From IMG/VR virus record IMGVR_UViG_3300010262_000137, positions 1 through 64,000 of that record: 64,000 nt of DNA. The stretch is one strand, 5' to 3'. The notes beneath the pieces were generated by a model. The model was not told the origin of the DNA, made no database searches, and saw only the letters and a list, made by a program, of their open reading frames with translations. The position numbers and the translations under genes were made by a program. Source of the stretch: a virus. Its lineage: Duplodnaviria > Caudoviricetes. Positions 19,992 through 30,272 of the stretch are shown piece by piece (the first letter of the stretch is position 1; each line of letters opens with the position of its first letter).

Positions 19992-20780
19992 ATGGAAATA
20001 CTACGTATTAAAGAAAATATAAATCAGCTGTTAAAATATGCCAAAAATCATACAGCAGAAGAAACAGAAAACTTTATAGAAGAATTGTTTTACGATGAAG
20101 TTAAAATTGAACAGAATATTAATCAAGCTTATTATAAGATGAATACCAAGAATTATTTAATCAATAATGGAAATGGACTTAAAATATCTATAAATAAAGG
20201 TCTAGGAGATATTCTTGAAAAAAATCATTCTCATCAGGGTATTACTATATCTATTGGTTCTGAATTTCTTCAAGAGTATGAATATCTTTATGATGCAAAT
20301 GAATATAACAATAATATTGATATTTCTCATATGATTGACAATGCTTTAGAAAATGAAAATATACTTTTAGCAATAGAACAATACTTTGCTGGAGATGATG
20401 TTGACTTGAATATGTATCATATTCTTTCTCAAGAATTGAAGGATAATCAAGAAATTATTGATAATGTCATTAAAAAAATTGATTTATATTCTCGATTGGA
20501 ACATGAAAATCAGAAAAATTATGAAGATATATCACCTAATGGGGGATTGGATATCATTGTTCAGCCTGTGCAAGAAATATTTCTTCAAAAGTTAAATGAA
20601 ATAGATGTGTTAGGTAATGAGAAGTTAGTAGCTGCAACTATAGATTTTTTTGTATCTAATCAAGAAAACATAGACTATTTAAGTAGTGAAATTGATAGAT
20701 GTGAAAGGATTTTGTATTTTGCTGAGCATGCTGATGAATATATGCAAAACAAAGCGATTGAGTGTAAAATCATTAATCAA
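19992..20780 (+). pseudogene. 5' part of a 567-aa tailed gene interrupted by the prophage
   Basis: Reads ...KIINQ up to the left ATCAA target copy and rejoins in frame with 56248-57162. Confidence 0.85.
20776..20780 (+). repeat. left 5-bp target site duplication (ATCAA)
   Basis: ATCAA directly before TGTAA; the same 5-mer follows TTACA at 56243-56247. Confidence 0.9.
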
Positions 20781-21326
20781 TGTAAGTTATCAAATAGAAT
20801 AGAAAATATTTACAGTGAAAAATTAAGCTGAAAAAATCCGTAAAAATCCGTAAAAAGTTAAAAAAAGCCCATAAAATCGTGCAATTTTGAGTAAAATTAC
20901 TGTAATACCATGAAAAACAGTAATTTTTATTTTGCAACAAAAAAATCGTAAAAAATGGGCATTTTTGAAGAATAATCGGATTTTATAAAAATAATGAAAA
21001 ATGACCTTTTAACAACCTTTTACTACCTTTTAAATTTAAAGCAAAAAAGTCAAAAAACACCGATAAATAAAGGCTTTTTGACTTTTAAAAGGTAGGTTTT
21101 AAACTTTTAAAAAATTTAAAAATCTATGTATAAAAATCTAATTGTTAAAAGGTAAAAAATGAAATCTCACTGTAAGTTTTTAGGTTTTTCACTGTAAATG
21201 CTTGAAAATCCCCATTTTATCGGCTTTTTTTGACTTTTCAAAAACCTTTTAACAAAAATGGATTTACAGTGAGATTTTTAAGAAAATGATTAATTTTCAC
21301 GTTTCTTAAAAGGTGATTTTAAGCTA

Positions 21327-21524
21327 TTATTTTTTGCTAATTTCATCAGCTTTTTGAATAGTATTATTCATGGCTTCACGAATAGCATCTGCTTGAGTAA
21401 TTCCAAGAATTTTACATGCCTTTTTGAACTGATCTACGAAGTCATTTTTAAAGGAAGCACGAACGGTTTTCATGTTTTCTTTTTTCCATTCTCGTTTATA
21501 CTCATTTTCATTAAATTTAGTCAT
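21327..21524 (-). CDS. small RHH/Arc-like DNA-binding protein
   Basis: MKTVRASFKNDFVDQFKKACKILGITQADAIREAM pattern. Confidence 0.6.
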   Translation of the reverse strand: MTKFNENEYKREWKKENMKTVRASFKNDFVDQFKKACKILGITQADAIREAMNNTIQKADEISKK

Positions 21525-21687
21525 TTATATCACCTCTTTTTCTGTAGTAGATATAGCATACAATCATCGCTATGCAGCTGATCCATTTCACTATATCAAA
21601 AATAGTAGGATTGGCAAACTCTCCTTCGAAGCCTTCGATAATAACAACTAAAGATAATGCACATACAATAATATCAAAGATTTTCAT
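21517..21687 (-). CDS. 56-aa two-TM membrane peptide (not in ORF track)
   Basis: Hand translation MKIFDIIVCALSLVVIIEGFEGEFANPTIFDIVKWISCIAMIVCYIYYRKRGDIND; overlaps the next gene start. Confidence 0.5.
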   Translation of the reverse strand: MKIFDIIVCALSLVVIIEGFEGEFANPTIFDIVKWISCIAMIVCYIYYRKRGDIND

Positions 21688-21744
21688 TGATGATGATGGA
21701 GTAACATGTTATATTATAAATGATAAGGGGGGATGAGGTTGCCC

Positions 21745-21879
21745 TCATCTCTTGCCCTTGCGAGTCTTAGACTTCTTAGATTTTTTTCTAGCAGTAGTAA
21801 TGATTAAGCAGATCGAACTAACAATTGCTAGGAAAGCTTCTGAGAGGTCTTTTATTATCTCGCTAATATGTTCATCCAT
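21745..21879 (-). CDS. 44-aa hydrophobic/basic peptide (not in ORF track)
   Basis: AGGAGG RBS; MDEHISEIIKDLSEAFLAIVSSICLIITTARKKSKKSKTRKGKR; hairpin GATGAGG-TTGC-CCTCATC at the stop. Confidence 0.6.
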   Translation of the reverse strand: MDEHISEIIKDLSEAFLAIVSSICLIITTARKKSKKSKTRKGKR

Positions 21880-22062
21880 CTTCACACCTCCTTCCTTACA
21901 TTATTATTATAACATAGTAGGCATACTATGTCAATAAAAGCAAATAAAAAGATGCAGATTTTTAATAGAATTTGCATCTTTTTTTCTTATAAAATATCGT
22001 ATTTTGATATATCCTATCGCACTTGGATATAAGGGAAGATAAAGTCTAATATATGTAGTATT

Positions 22063-22521
22063 TTAGTCGTGGGTTTTATTAACTTTTAATGTATCGTTAA
22101 TTGTTTTTAAATTAAGCATTGCCATGTAAAGAACTTTCTTTTTCTCTTCTTTTTTATTAGACATTAAGATACTTTGCAATTCAGAAATTATTGTAAAAAT
22201 TGCATGTTGATTATCTTCGTCTTCTTGTTCAAATATATTTAATACTCTTTTTAGCATTTGAGGAAATTCGTTATTTATAGAATTTAGAACATCTAAATCA
22301 TCCCATATCATAGGCTCTCTTATATCTGTTTCTCCACGCAAAAAAGATCCACTCACATTAAAAAATTTTTCTAGTGCAACCATATTCTGTGAGCTAGGTT
22401 CTCTTACGCCACGTTCCCAATTCATAATTGTTCTAAATGGAATATTTAACTGTTCACCCATTTGTTTTTGTGTTAAACCTTTTTCTTTTCTTAAAAGTCT
22501 TATGTTGTCAGCGAGCTTCAC
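22063..22521 (-). CDS. XRE-family phage repressor
   Basis: IRLLRKEKGLTQKQMGEQLNI...NWERGVREP HTH; divergent from the early operon; GTG start after AGAGGTG. Confidence 0.85.
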   Translation of the reverse strand: MKLADNIRLLRKEKGLTQKQMGEQLNIPFRTIMNWERGVREPSSQNMVALEKFFNVSGSFLRGETDIREPMIWDDLDVLNSINNEFPQMLKRVLNIFEQEDEDNQHAIFTIISELQSILMSNKKEEKKKVLYMAMLNLKTINDTLKVNKTHD

Positions 22522-22670
22522 GCTTATCACCTCTTTTATAGTATAGCAATTATGTAACCACTTGGATAGAAAAAACACATCTAATAAATAAAAAAATGTC
22601 TTGACCTAACCATGTGGGTATCTTATAATATGGTTAAGGTAGCCATATGGATACATTTGGAGGTGATTAT

Positions 22671-22880
22671 ATGTATTTAATACCTAATATTGACGAAATC
22701 AAAAAAAAGAGAAAAGCTAAAGGTTTGTCTAAATGCAAATTATCTATTGAGGCAGGCTTAGGTAATCAAGCTCTAAGCAGAATTGAAAGGCAAGAAACAA
22801 AAAAGATACATCCGTTAAGAGCTAAAGAAATTGCAAGAGTATTGGAATGTAATGTAAATGATATTTTTAAGGAGGAATAA
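22671..22880 (+). CDS. Cro/Ner-like HTH protein
   Basis: IKKKRKAKGLSKCKLSIEAGLGNQALSRIE; first gene of the early operon. Confidence 0.8.
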   Translation: MYLIPNIDEIKKKRKAKGLSKCKLSIEAGLGNQALSRIERQETKKIHPLRAKEIARVLECNVNDIFKEE

Positions 22881-22882
22881 TC

Positions 22883-23485
22883 ATGATTATTTTCTATTAT
22901 AACGATAACAAACAAAACAATAACAAAGGTGTTAAAACCGAAGAAATAGATCGCACATTTTCTCACATAGAAAGGGCATCCGGATCCAACATAGACGTTG
23001 AACAATGTGAAATAGACACATTAGTTGAAGAAACGAATGAACATATAACAAATAATTTTAGTAAAAATCTTCGTTTATTAAGAAAATATTTCAAACTTAA
23101 ACAAGAAGATATTGAAGAAAAAACTAATATTTCTCATCACACAATTGCAAGTTATGAAATTGGTAGACGTGAGCCTACAGCAAAAAACCTTTGCTTACTT
23201 GCAAAACTCTTCAATGTAAATCCTATGTACTTAATGGAGAAAGACTTATCTAAACACAATTATTTGCATGTTGTTAGTAAGAGCAATAGTTTTGCAGAGA
23301 ATTTAAAAATAATAAGAAATTCTTTAAAAATGACACAAAAAGAATTTGCTTATTACACTGGCTTAACTCTCAAATCAGTTATCAATTATGAAAATAAAGT
23401 TCATTTACCTGATTATTCAAGTTTAAAAATACTAGCTGAGAAGCTGGTTATAGATCCATTTGAATTAGTGGGTACTGGTAAATAA
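22883..23485 (+). CDS. protein with two XRE HTH domains
   Basis: NLRLLRKYFKLKQEDI...SYEIGRREP and NLKIIRNSLKMTQKEFA...NYENKVHLP. Confidence 0.8.
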   Translation: MIIFYYNDNKQNNNKGVKTEEIDRTFSHIERASGSNIDVEQCEIDTLVEETNEHITNNFSKNLRLLRKYFKLKQEDIEEKTNISHHTIASYEIGRREPTAKNLCLLAKLFNVNPMYLMEKDLSKHNYLHVVSKSNSFAENLKIIRNSLKMTQKEFAYYTGLTLKSVINYENKVHLPDYSSLKILAEKLVIDPFELVGTGK

Positions 23486-23490
23486 TATCC

Positions 23491-23553
23491 AGTCCTTCTT
23501 AATGCAGCCAGCGGAGGTCACAAGCCCTCGAATAATGCAGAGTGAGGAGGTGG
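23491..23553 (+). ncRNA. structured element, copy 1 of 3 (others 26790-26852, 28523-28577)
   Basis: TAATGCAGCCARCGGAGGTCACAAGCCCTCGAAWAATGCAGAGTG core; copies 1 and 2 differ at 3 of 63 nt. Confidence 0.6.
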
Positions 23554-23557
23554 TTAA

Positions 23558-25486
23558 ATGGAGACGCTAACACTTCAAGAATTAGCAGAATTAAAAGGAT
23601 GTCACAGAGTTAGAATTCAACAACTTGTTACAGAAGGCTTTTATAAATCTGTACAAGTTAAAAATTCAAGAGGTAGATTAGTTCATGCCATACCTCTAGA
23701 TCAACTGACAGAAGAGGAACAACAAAAATACTACCAATCTAAAGGTATCTTAAACACTAACATTGAAGTGCAAAATGCTGAAAAGTTAGAGTTCATGAGT
23801 ACCGAAGAAAGAGAAGAGTGTGTATTTTGGGAAAACGTTATAAATGAATGGCAATCATTCAGGAATAAAGAAAACGCAAGAAATAAGAGTGAAGTTGATG
23901 AACTATTTATCACAAAGGTGAAGCTAGAACATCCTGAACTTAATATCTCCACAAGTATTCTTTATCGGAAGTTTAAAGCCTTAAAAAACGGAGATCTAGA
24001 AGGCTTGATTGATAAACGAGGAAAAGCCAAGAAAGGCTATACAAAAATTGATGAACATGTGTGGCAAGTATTCTTGAGTTTCTTGTTAGACCAAGCAAAG
24101 CATCCACTTAGAAAATGCTATCAATATACTCAGCTATATATTCAAGATACAGCACCTGAGTTATATGAGGATATACCAGCTTATTGCACTTTTACAAGGC
24201 ATGTAAAAGCCGATATACCTGATGCAATACTAACTCTTGGAAGAGATGGAGATAAGGCGTTTGACGATAGATGTGCACCATACATACGAAGAACCTATGA
24301 CAATATGGATTCAAATGACTATTGGATTGGTGATAACCATACAATCGATGTAATCGTTGGGGATGGCGAAAAAACATTCAGACTATACCTAACAGCCTTT
24401 ATGGATGCACGTAGTGGAATTATGACATGTATCTATATTACAGATACACCATCATCACAAGCTTCAATTTATTCATTAAGACGAGGCATTAAGAAGTATG
24501 GAATACCTAAGAATGTTTACTTAGACAATGGTCGAGAGTTCTTAACGTTTGACTTTGGTGGTTCAGGACACAGAAAGAAGAAAAAGGACGAAGATAAATT
24601 CGCTCCTCCACCAATTCTTGAACGATTGGGAATTAATATGGTCAATGCATTAGTTAGAAATGCGAAGGCTAAAATCATAGAAAGAAGATTCTTAGATTTC
24701 AAAAACAGTATTTCTAGATTATTTGCAACTTATACAGGCGGAAACGTAGTTGAAAAGCCTGAAATATTAAAAGTTGAACTTAAAAACGGAAATATACCTG
24801 ATAAAGAAGCGTTTATCAAAGAAATCGAAGAACTGATTGAATATTACTTGAATTATGAGGAGTACAACGGTGCAGTTGTAGCAGATAAAGGTAAAAGAAA
24901 GATTGATGTATATCAAGAGAGCCTACATACGAAGATAACTGCAACCGAAGAGCAATTAAATCTCATGATGTTAAGATCCACTAGAGCTCAAAAAGTGACA
25001 AGACGTGGCGTTAGTTTGAAGATTGGTGGAACTCAGCTAGATTACTTCAACAATGAACTAATCATGCAGATGCTGAATAAGAAAGTTTATCTAAGATATG
25101 ATCCTGATGATTTATCCAGTGTTAGGGTTTATGACCTTGATGATAGATTCATTATGGAAGTTGAAGCAGATAATGTCGCTGTACTTGAATATGGAGCAAG
25201 TAAAGAAGACGTTAAACAAGCGATGGCTAAAACTAGAGAGCTTAAGAAAATCACTAAGAAAGCAATCAATGATTCAATCATCGCTAACATTGATAGAAAC
25301 ACTGCACTTGAATTGATGTTGAAATCAGCTAAAGACAACAAAGACAGTGATATTTCTAAATCAAGCTACGATTTAGAGGTCTTAAGGTCGGACGAAGATC
25401 CAATGTTATACAAAATGCCTGATGTTGATTTAGACAAGATGAATATAAACTCAATTAAGCGACAAGGAGGAGATTATTATGCTTAA
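23558..25486 (+). CDS. MuA-like DDE transposase
   Basis: N-terminal HTH; WIGDNHTIDV, YLDNGREF, AKIIERRF DDE triad; Mu-transposase C-terminal region. Confidence 0.93.
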   Translation: METLTLQELAELKGCHRVRIQQLVTEGFYKSVQVKNSRGRLVHAIPLDQLTEEEQQKYYQSKGILNTNIEVQNAEKLEFMSTEEREECVFWENVINEWQSFRNKENARNKSEVDELFITKVKLEHPELNISTSILYRKFKALKNGDLEGLIDKRGKAKKGYTKIDEHVWQVFLSFLLDQAKHPLRKCYQYTQLYIQDTAPELYEDIPAYCTFTRHVKADIPDAILTLGRDGDKAFDDRCAPYIRRTYDNMDSNDYWIGDNHTIDVIVGDGEKTFRLYLTAFMDARSGIMTCIYITDTPSSQASIYSLRRGIKKYGIPKNVYLDNGREFLTFDFGGSGHRKKKKDEDKFAPPPILERLGINMVNALVRNAKAKIIERRFLDFKNSISRLFATYTGGNVVEKPEILKVELKNGNIPDKEAFIKEIEELIEYYLNYEEYNGAVVADKGKRKIDVYQESLHTKITATEEQLNLMMLRSTRAQKVTRRGVSLKIGGTQLDYFNNELIMQMLNKKVYLRYDPDDLSSVRVYDLDDRFIMEVEADNVAVLEYGASKEDVKQAMAKTRELKKITKKAINDSIIANIDRNTALELMLKSAKDNKDSDISKSSYDLEVLRSDEDPMLYKMPDVDLDKMNINSIKRQGGDYYA

Positions 25487-26426
25487 CGTTGCAGTTAAAG
25501 AAAGACTTGAGAACTACATGAAAGAAGCTGGTGTTTCTCAAGCAAAGATTGCGCCATTGATTGGCGTGAGTATGACAGCTCTATCACAGTATAGAGGTGG
25601 TAAATACAAGGGTGATGTAACAGCAGTAGAAGCTAAAATTGTTGAATATTTAGACACTATTACTGAACAAGAGGAAATCAAAGAAAAGGTTCAAACATAT
25701 AAACCGATAGATGATTACATTCCTATTTCTATTAGCGAAGACATTTATAAGATGATTAGATACGCTCAATTAAACGGAGGTATCGCCATTGCCCATGGTG
25801 ATGCAGGAATTGGTAAAACAAAAGCAGCACAGAAGTATGTAAGAGAAAATCCAACGCAAGCAATCTATATGGAAATGAGTCCTGTAGCTGGAACTCTAGG
25901 CAATATGCTTAGACTTCTAGCTAGGACACTTAAAATTCCTGAAAGCAGAAACAAGATGGAGTTGATGCTTGCTATCCGAGATAAATTGGAAGGAACAAAC
26001 CGAGTGATCATCATTGATGAGGCTCAACATTTGAAGTTATCTGCTCTTGAACAGATAAGAACCCTTGCTGATCCAAACTCAATCACAGGAACAAAGGGTG
26101 TTGGAATCGTGTTAATCGGAAACACAGAGGTCTATTCAAAGATGAAAGGTAAACAGGAAGCACAATTCGCTCAGTTATTCTCAAGAATTAAGATGAGCCG
26201 ATACTATTCAACATCCAGTGTTACCGATGACGATGTAGAAAAACTATTCCCAGTATTAAAACAACAAGGTTTGAATAAAGAATTAAACTTCTTAAAAGGT
26301 GTTTGTAAATCAAAATGGGGCATTCGTGGAGCGACCAATGTTTATGAAAACAGCATTAACAATGATGATGTTTCAGTAAATGGATTGTTCGCCATGGCTA
26401 GAACATTAGGAATAGAGGTTATTTAA
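25479..26426 (+). CDS. MuB-like AAA+ ATPase
   Basis: N-terminal HTH, GDAGIGKT Walker A, IIIDEAQHL Walker B. Confidence 0.93.
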   Translation: MLNVAVKERLENYMKEAGVSQAKIAPLIGVSMTALSQYRGGKYKGDVTAVEAKIVEYLDTITEQEEIKEKVQTYKPIDDYIPISISEDIYKMIRYAQLNGGIAIAHGDAGIGKTKAAQKYVRENPTQAIYMEMSPVAGTLGNMLRLLARTLKIPESRNKMELMLAIRDKLEGTNRVIIIDEAQHLKLSALEQIRTLADPNSITGTKGVGIVLIGNTEVYSKMKGKQEAQFAQLFSRIKMSRYYSTSSVTDDDVEKLFPVLKQQGLNKELNFLKGVCKSKWGIRGATNVYENSINNDDVSVNGLFAMARTLGIEVI

Positions 26427-26531
26427 ATATGTTAAATACACTGATTGAAATAGTTCATAACATCTGCACTGCCATTGTTGTATATGCAATCTATGTAAGT
26501 ATTAAAAACAATAAAGAGGAGAAAAGCGAAA

Positions 26532-26789
26532 GTGAAAAAGATTAGGATTAAAAAAACATTGATTAGCGTTGTTGTTGGAGTGATTTTAGGCGTTTTACTT
26601 AGTCAAGTGACTTCTAAATTAAGCATACAAGATTGTTTGTTATTAGCAACCATTCTATTTATCCTTGTGATCGTAACTGCAGCTATTATGGCTGAAGATT
26701 TAGAAATAAGAATTAAAAAAGCCTATTTGGAAGGAAAACAAACGCATAATTGCAAATGCACACACACATTAAAAACTGAGGACAAATAA
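26532..26789 (+). CDS. phage membrane protein
   Basis: Two hydrophobic segments. Confidence 0.5.
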   Translation: MKKIRIKKTLISVVVGVILGVLLSQVTSKLSIQDCLLLATILFILVIVTAAIMAEDLEIRIKKAYLEGKQTHNCKCTHTLKTEDK

Positions 26790-26852
26790 AGTCCTCCTTA
26801 ATGCAGCCAACGGAGGTCACAAGCCCTCGAAAAATGCAGAGTGAGGAGGTGG
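26790..26852 (+). ncRNA. structured element, copy 2
   Basis: 60/63 identical to copy 1; ends in the GAGGAGG RBS. Confidence 0.6.
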
Positions 26853-26857
26853 TAGGA

Positions 26858-27229
26858 ATGGCAACTAAGAAATATAAACGTATGACTAATCGTGAAAAAG
26901 ATGAAAGAAAGCGTGTCAAAAAGATTTTACAAGAAGATGGGATTCTTCCACCTGATAAACCTAGACTAAACAGAAAGAAGTTCGCTCAAGAAGTTTATGA
27001 TGAATGGAAAGATTACTGCTTAGGAGATTGTACGAAACTGAATACATTCATCATTGTCTTAGAAATGATGACGAATTCAGGTCGATATGGAAGCATCAGT
27101 AAAGAAGACCTTGGTATTTTAAAACTAAAAAAATGTGCGATGGTGTTGGATCGAAAACTTCAAGAGAACGGTAATAGGATGACTTATGAACAGATTATTG
27201 AAGCTCTTGAACCTATATGGAAATTGTGA
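26858..27229 (+). CDS. phage hypothetical protein
   Basis: ATG after the element-borne RBS. Confidence 0.6.
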   Translation: MATKKYKRMTNREKDERKRVKKILQEDGILPPDKPRLNRKKFAQEVYDEWKDYCLGDCTKLNTFIIVLEMMTNSGRYGSISKEDLGILKLKKCAMVLDRKLQENGNRMTYEQIIEALEPIWKL

Positions 27230-27784
27230 GGTGATAAATATGGACTATCAGAACATGACCAACGAACAAATTAAAAGAAGAATTGAATGGATTGATAGAG
27301 AGTTATTCTATATCGACATGAAAGACAGATGGGATGCTTGCGATTGGAGTTTAGTACACCAGTATGAAAAAGAAAAAAGAGAGCTTCAAGCAATGCTGGA
27401 AGCTAGATGCAAGAAAATAGTATGACTGGACAAGAATTCTTTGAAAAAGTAACTAAAAATACTAGATACAAGCACTTATACGAGAACAACATACATTTCA
27501 ATACGCAAATGCAATATATCAAGTCAAAACCCAAAGTCCTTACATCAACCTTGCTTGGCTCAATCGCATACTTAAGCATGCTTCTTATGTATCAAGATCT
27601 AGAAAAAATAAGAGAAAATGACAATGGAATAGGAGTTTAACGTGGATAAAAAAGAGGTTTTAAACAAACTTAAAAAATGCGAAGAGGATTTAAAAAAAAC
27701 TTCATCGCCAATGAGAAAAAGAGACCTGTTGAAGTACAAAAAAAGACTTCAAAAAGAAATGAACAAATGCAGGAGGATGGAACA

Positions 27785-28390
27785 ATGAAAAGATTGATTC
27801 TGATTGTTTCACTAATGCTCACTATCATGGTAACGAATAAGATATATACCTTGACAATCGCTCTAGATAAGAAACCAACAACAATCGAAACACAAATTGT
27901 TGATATCAAAGCTAAAGAGTTAAAAACAGAGGTCAGGACATATTACGATGTCCCTCTAGATATGGAGTTTCAAGATTATATTAGAGAAGAGTGCATAAAT
28001 GCAGGATTAGATATGGAATTAGTTCTTGCGATTATGAAAGTAGAAAGTGATTTCAATTCAGAAGTTATATCAAGCACAGATGACTTCGGACTTATGCAAG
28101 TCAATAAAATCAATTTTGAAGAGGTAGAAAGAGAGCTTGGACTAACATATATGCTTGATCCGCACCAAGGCGCTAAGGCTGGCATCTATTTATTAAGCAA
28201 GTTGCAATGGTGTGAAAGCGAACATCAAATGCTCATGGCTTATAACATGGGTGTTACAGGTGCTCAAAGGTTATGGAAAGAAGGCATTTATGAAACAAAC
28301 TACTCTAAGAAAGTATTAAAAGCAAAAGAACTGATAGGAGGTACTCAATATGAAATCACAGTATTTTGTAATCAAGAAGCTGAACGATGA
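27785..28390 (+). CDS. SLT-family lytic transglycosylase
   Basis: LAIMKVESDF catalytic Glu, FGLMQVN, MAYNMG motifs; N-terminal TM segment. Confidence 0.85.
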   Translation: MKRLILIVSLMLTIMVTNKIYTLTIALDKKPTTIETQIVDIKAKELKTEVRTYYDVPLDMEFQDYIREECINAGLDMELVLAIMKVESDFNSEVISSTDDFGLMQVNKINFEEVERELGLTYMLDPHQGAKAGIYLLSKLQWCESEHQMLMAYNMGVTGAQRLWKEGIYETNYSKKVLKAKELIGGTQYEITVFCNQEAER

Positions 28391-28522
28391 AAAGCGATTT
28401 GCCAAGGTTGATGAAGAGCTGACAGTAGAAGAGTTTATGGCTTGCTTTTCTTTGTATGTTAAAGAAGCCTATCCGATTACAGAAGATGAATACAAAAAAT
28501 GCATTGGGGATAAATAACCCAT

Positions 28523-28577
28523 TGCTCTAATGCAGCCAACGGAGGTCACAAGCCCTCGAATAATGCAGAGTGGAGCA
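28523..28577 (+). ncRNA. structured element, copy 3
   Basis: Same core; closing stem TGCTC/GAGCA instead of TCCTC/GAGGA. Confidence 0.55.
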
Positions 28578-28602
28578 TAGGAAAGCAAAGGAGGAAAAAC
28601 AG

Positions 28603-28860
28603 ATGGAAAACAAACTTTTTAAAAAGATTTCTAGAACTGGTGGAATAACAATTCCTGCACAGGTGAGACATCAGATGAACATTCCAAAAGGTGCAGCAGT
28701 AGAAATCGTTCAAACGGAAGACAATAGCCTTCTCATCAAAAAGCATATCCCTACATGCATGTGTTGTGGAACTGCTGACCATGTAAAAGTATTTAATGGT
28801 GTGGAACTATGTACGACATGTGCTAGTAAGTTCATTGGAGGTGGCGAACATGGAAATTAG
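28603..28860 (+). CDS. AbrB/MazE/SpoVT-family DNA-binding protein with C-terminal Cys cluster
   Basis: KKISRTGGITIPAQVRHQMNI; CMCCG...CTTC. Confidence 0.8.
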   Translation: MENKLFKKISRTGGITIPAQVRHQMNIPKGAAVEIVQTEDNSLLIKKHIPTCMCCGTADHVKVFNGVELCTTCASKFIGGGEHGN

Positions 28861-29482
28861 AGAGAAAGTTGATCGCTACGCTGAACTAGATGCACAATTG
28901 GCAGGCATCAAAAATGAAATGGATAATCTAAAGGCTAACTTTGAAGAATACGCTGAAAAGGATCTACAGGATACGAAACTAAAAACTGTAGAAATCTACG
29001 GAAATAATGGTGCTAAAATCATCGTACAAAATGCAGCAACAGTCAAACCAATTTCATGGGTAGTCATCAAAGAGGTTTTAGGAAAGACTGTTCCTGATTT
29101 CATCAAAGAAGAAACAAAGCTCTCATTGACCGATGTTGCCAAAACAATGTTGGCGAATATGTTTAAGGGAGATTATATTGAAGATACATTATCCAATGTT
29201 GTCACTCATATGACTGCTGACAAAAAGAAACAAACGCTTCTTATGAAACGTTTAAAAGGTAAATACAAGCAAGACCAAAAGAACATCTTGAAGTACACTG
29301 ACCTTAGCGAAAAAGAAGCAAGTGACACTGCATTCCTTGTACAGGATGTTATGGCTTATCAAAATATCTTAAGAATTATTGAAGCTTCAGGATTTGATGG
29401 AACTGTTGAAGAAGCAGTAGCTAAAATCAAGAGTTCATTGATTGTTGAAGATTCAGTCAAGGTAACGCTAGAAGCGGAATAA
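28850..29482 (+). CDS. phage hypothetical protein
   Basis: ATG after GGAGG; N-terminal coiled coil. Confidence 0.6.
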   Translation: MEIREKVDRYAELDAQLAGIKNEMDNLKANFEEYAEKDLQDTKLKTVEIYGNNGAKIIVQNAATVKPISWVVIKEVLGKTVPDFIKEETKLSLTDVAKTMLANMFKGDYIEDTLSNVVTHMTADKKKQTLLMKRLKGKYKQDQKNILKYTDLSEKEASDTAFLVQDVMAYQNILRIIEASGFDGTVEEAVAKIKSSLIVEDSVKVTLEAE

Positions 29483-29952
29483 TGGAAAGGAGCAATCTTA
29501 TTATGAAAACTGTTGAGAGATGGCAGACCAAAAAAATATATGCTATTGCAAGTGCATTAGGATATGTTGATCGCCAAGATAAAGATAATGACATTTTGCA
29601 TATGATTATTTTTAGTCAAACATGTAAATATTCAACTAAAGAACTAACGTATCGTGAAGCCAATGAAATCATCGCCTACTTGGAAAAACAACAGAATAAT
29701 AAGATTGATGAAGTCATGACTGCAGGACAAAAAAAGAAATGCTGGTCATTGATGTATGAACTTCAATCTTTAGATAGAGAGCCCAATACTGCTCCTGTAG
29801 GCGAAAGATTGGCAGGTATTATAGAAAGACAGTTCCAAGTAAGATCAACCCCACAACGCATATTTAATCGCCTTTCAAGAGATGATGGAAACAAACTGAT
29901 TGAGATTTTGAAAAACTATGTTAAAACGGCTGAAAGAAAATGGATGAATTAA
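29482..29952 (+). CDS. GemA-like (DUF1018) regulatory protein
   Basis: KKIYAIASALG...STKELTYREANEII pattern and position before Mor. Confidence 0.7.
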   Translation: MERSNLIMKTVERWQTKKIYAIASALGYVDRQDKDNDILHMIIFSQTCKYSTKELTYREANEIIAYLEKQQNNKIDEVMTAGQKKKCWSLMYELQSLDREPNTAPVGERLAGIIERQFQVRSTPQRIFNRLSRDDGNKLIEILKNYVKTAERKWMN

Positions 29953-30272
29953 TGACAGAAAGTGCAGATGTAACGTTGGATGATCTAAATGAAGAACAGT
30001 TACAGGTCGTTGAAGTCATTGGTTTAGAAGCCTATAAGCGTTTGATTTACTATTATGCAGGAACAAGCATCTACATTCCTAAGTTCAGTGAAATTGAGCG
30101 AAGAAAGCGTAATGAAAAGATACGCATTGAATATGAAAAAAATGGGGATATCAAAGCACTTGCCTTGAAGTATGGTTTATCAGAAATACAGATACGTACA
30201 ATCATCGGTGATTTGTTTAAAAACAAAAAAACTGATCCATATGAAGGACAAATCACATTGTTTGATTTATAG
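29940..30272 (+). CDS. Mor-family transcription activator
   Basis: YAGTSIYIPK...RNEKIRIEY...LALKYGLSEIQIRTII. Confidence 0.85.
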   Translation: MDELMTESADVTLDDLNEEQLQVVEVIGLEAYKRLIYYYAGTSIYIPKFSEIERRKRNEKIRIEYEKNGDIKALALKYGLSEIQIRTIIGDLFKNKKTDPYEGQITLFDL

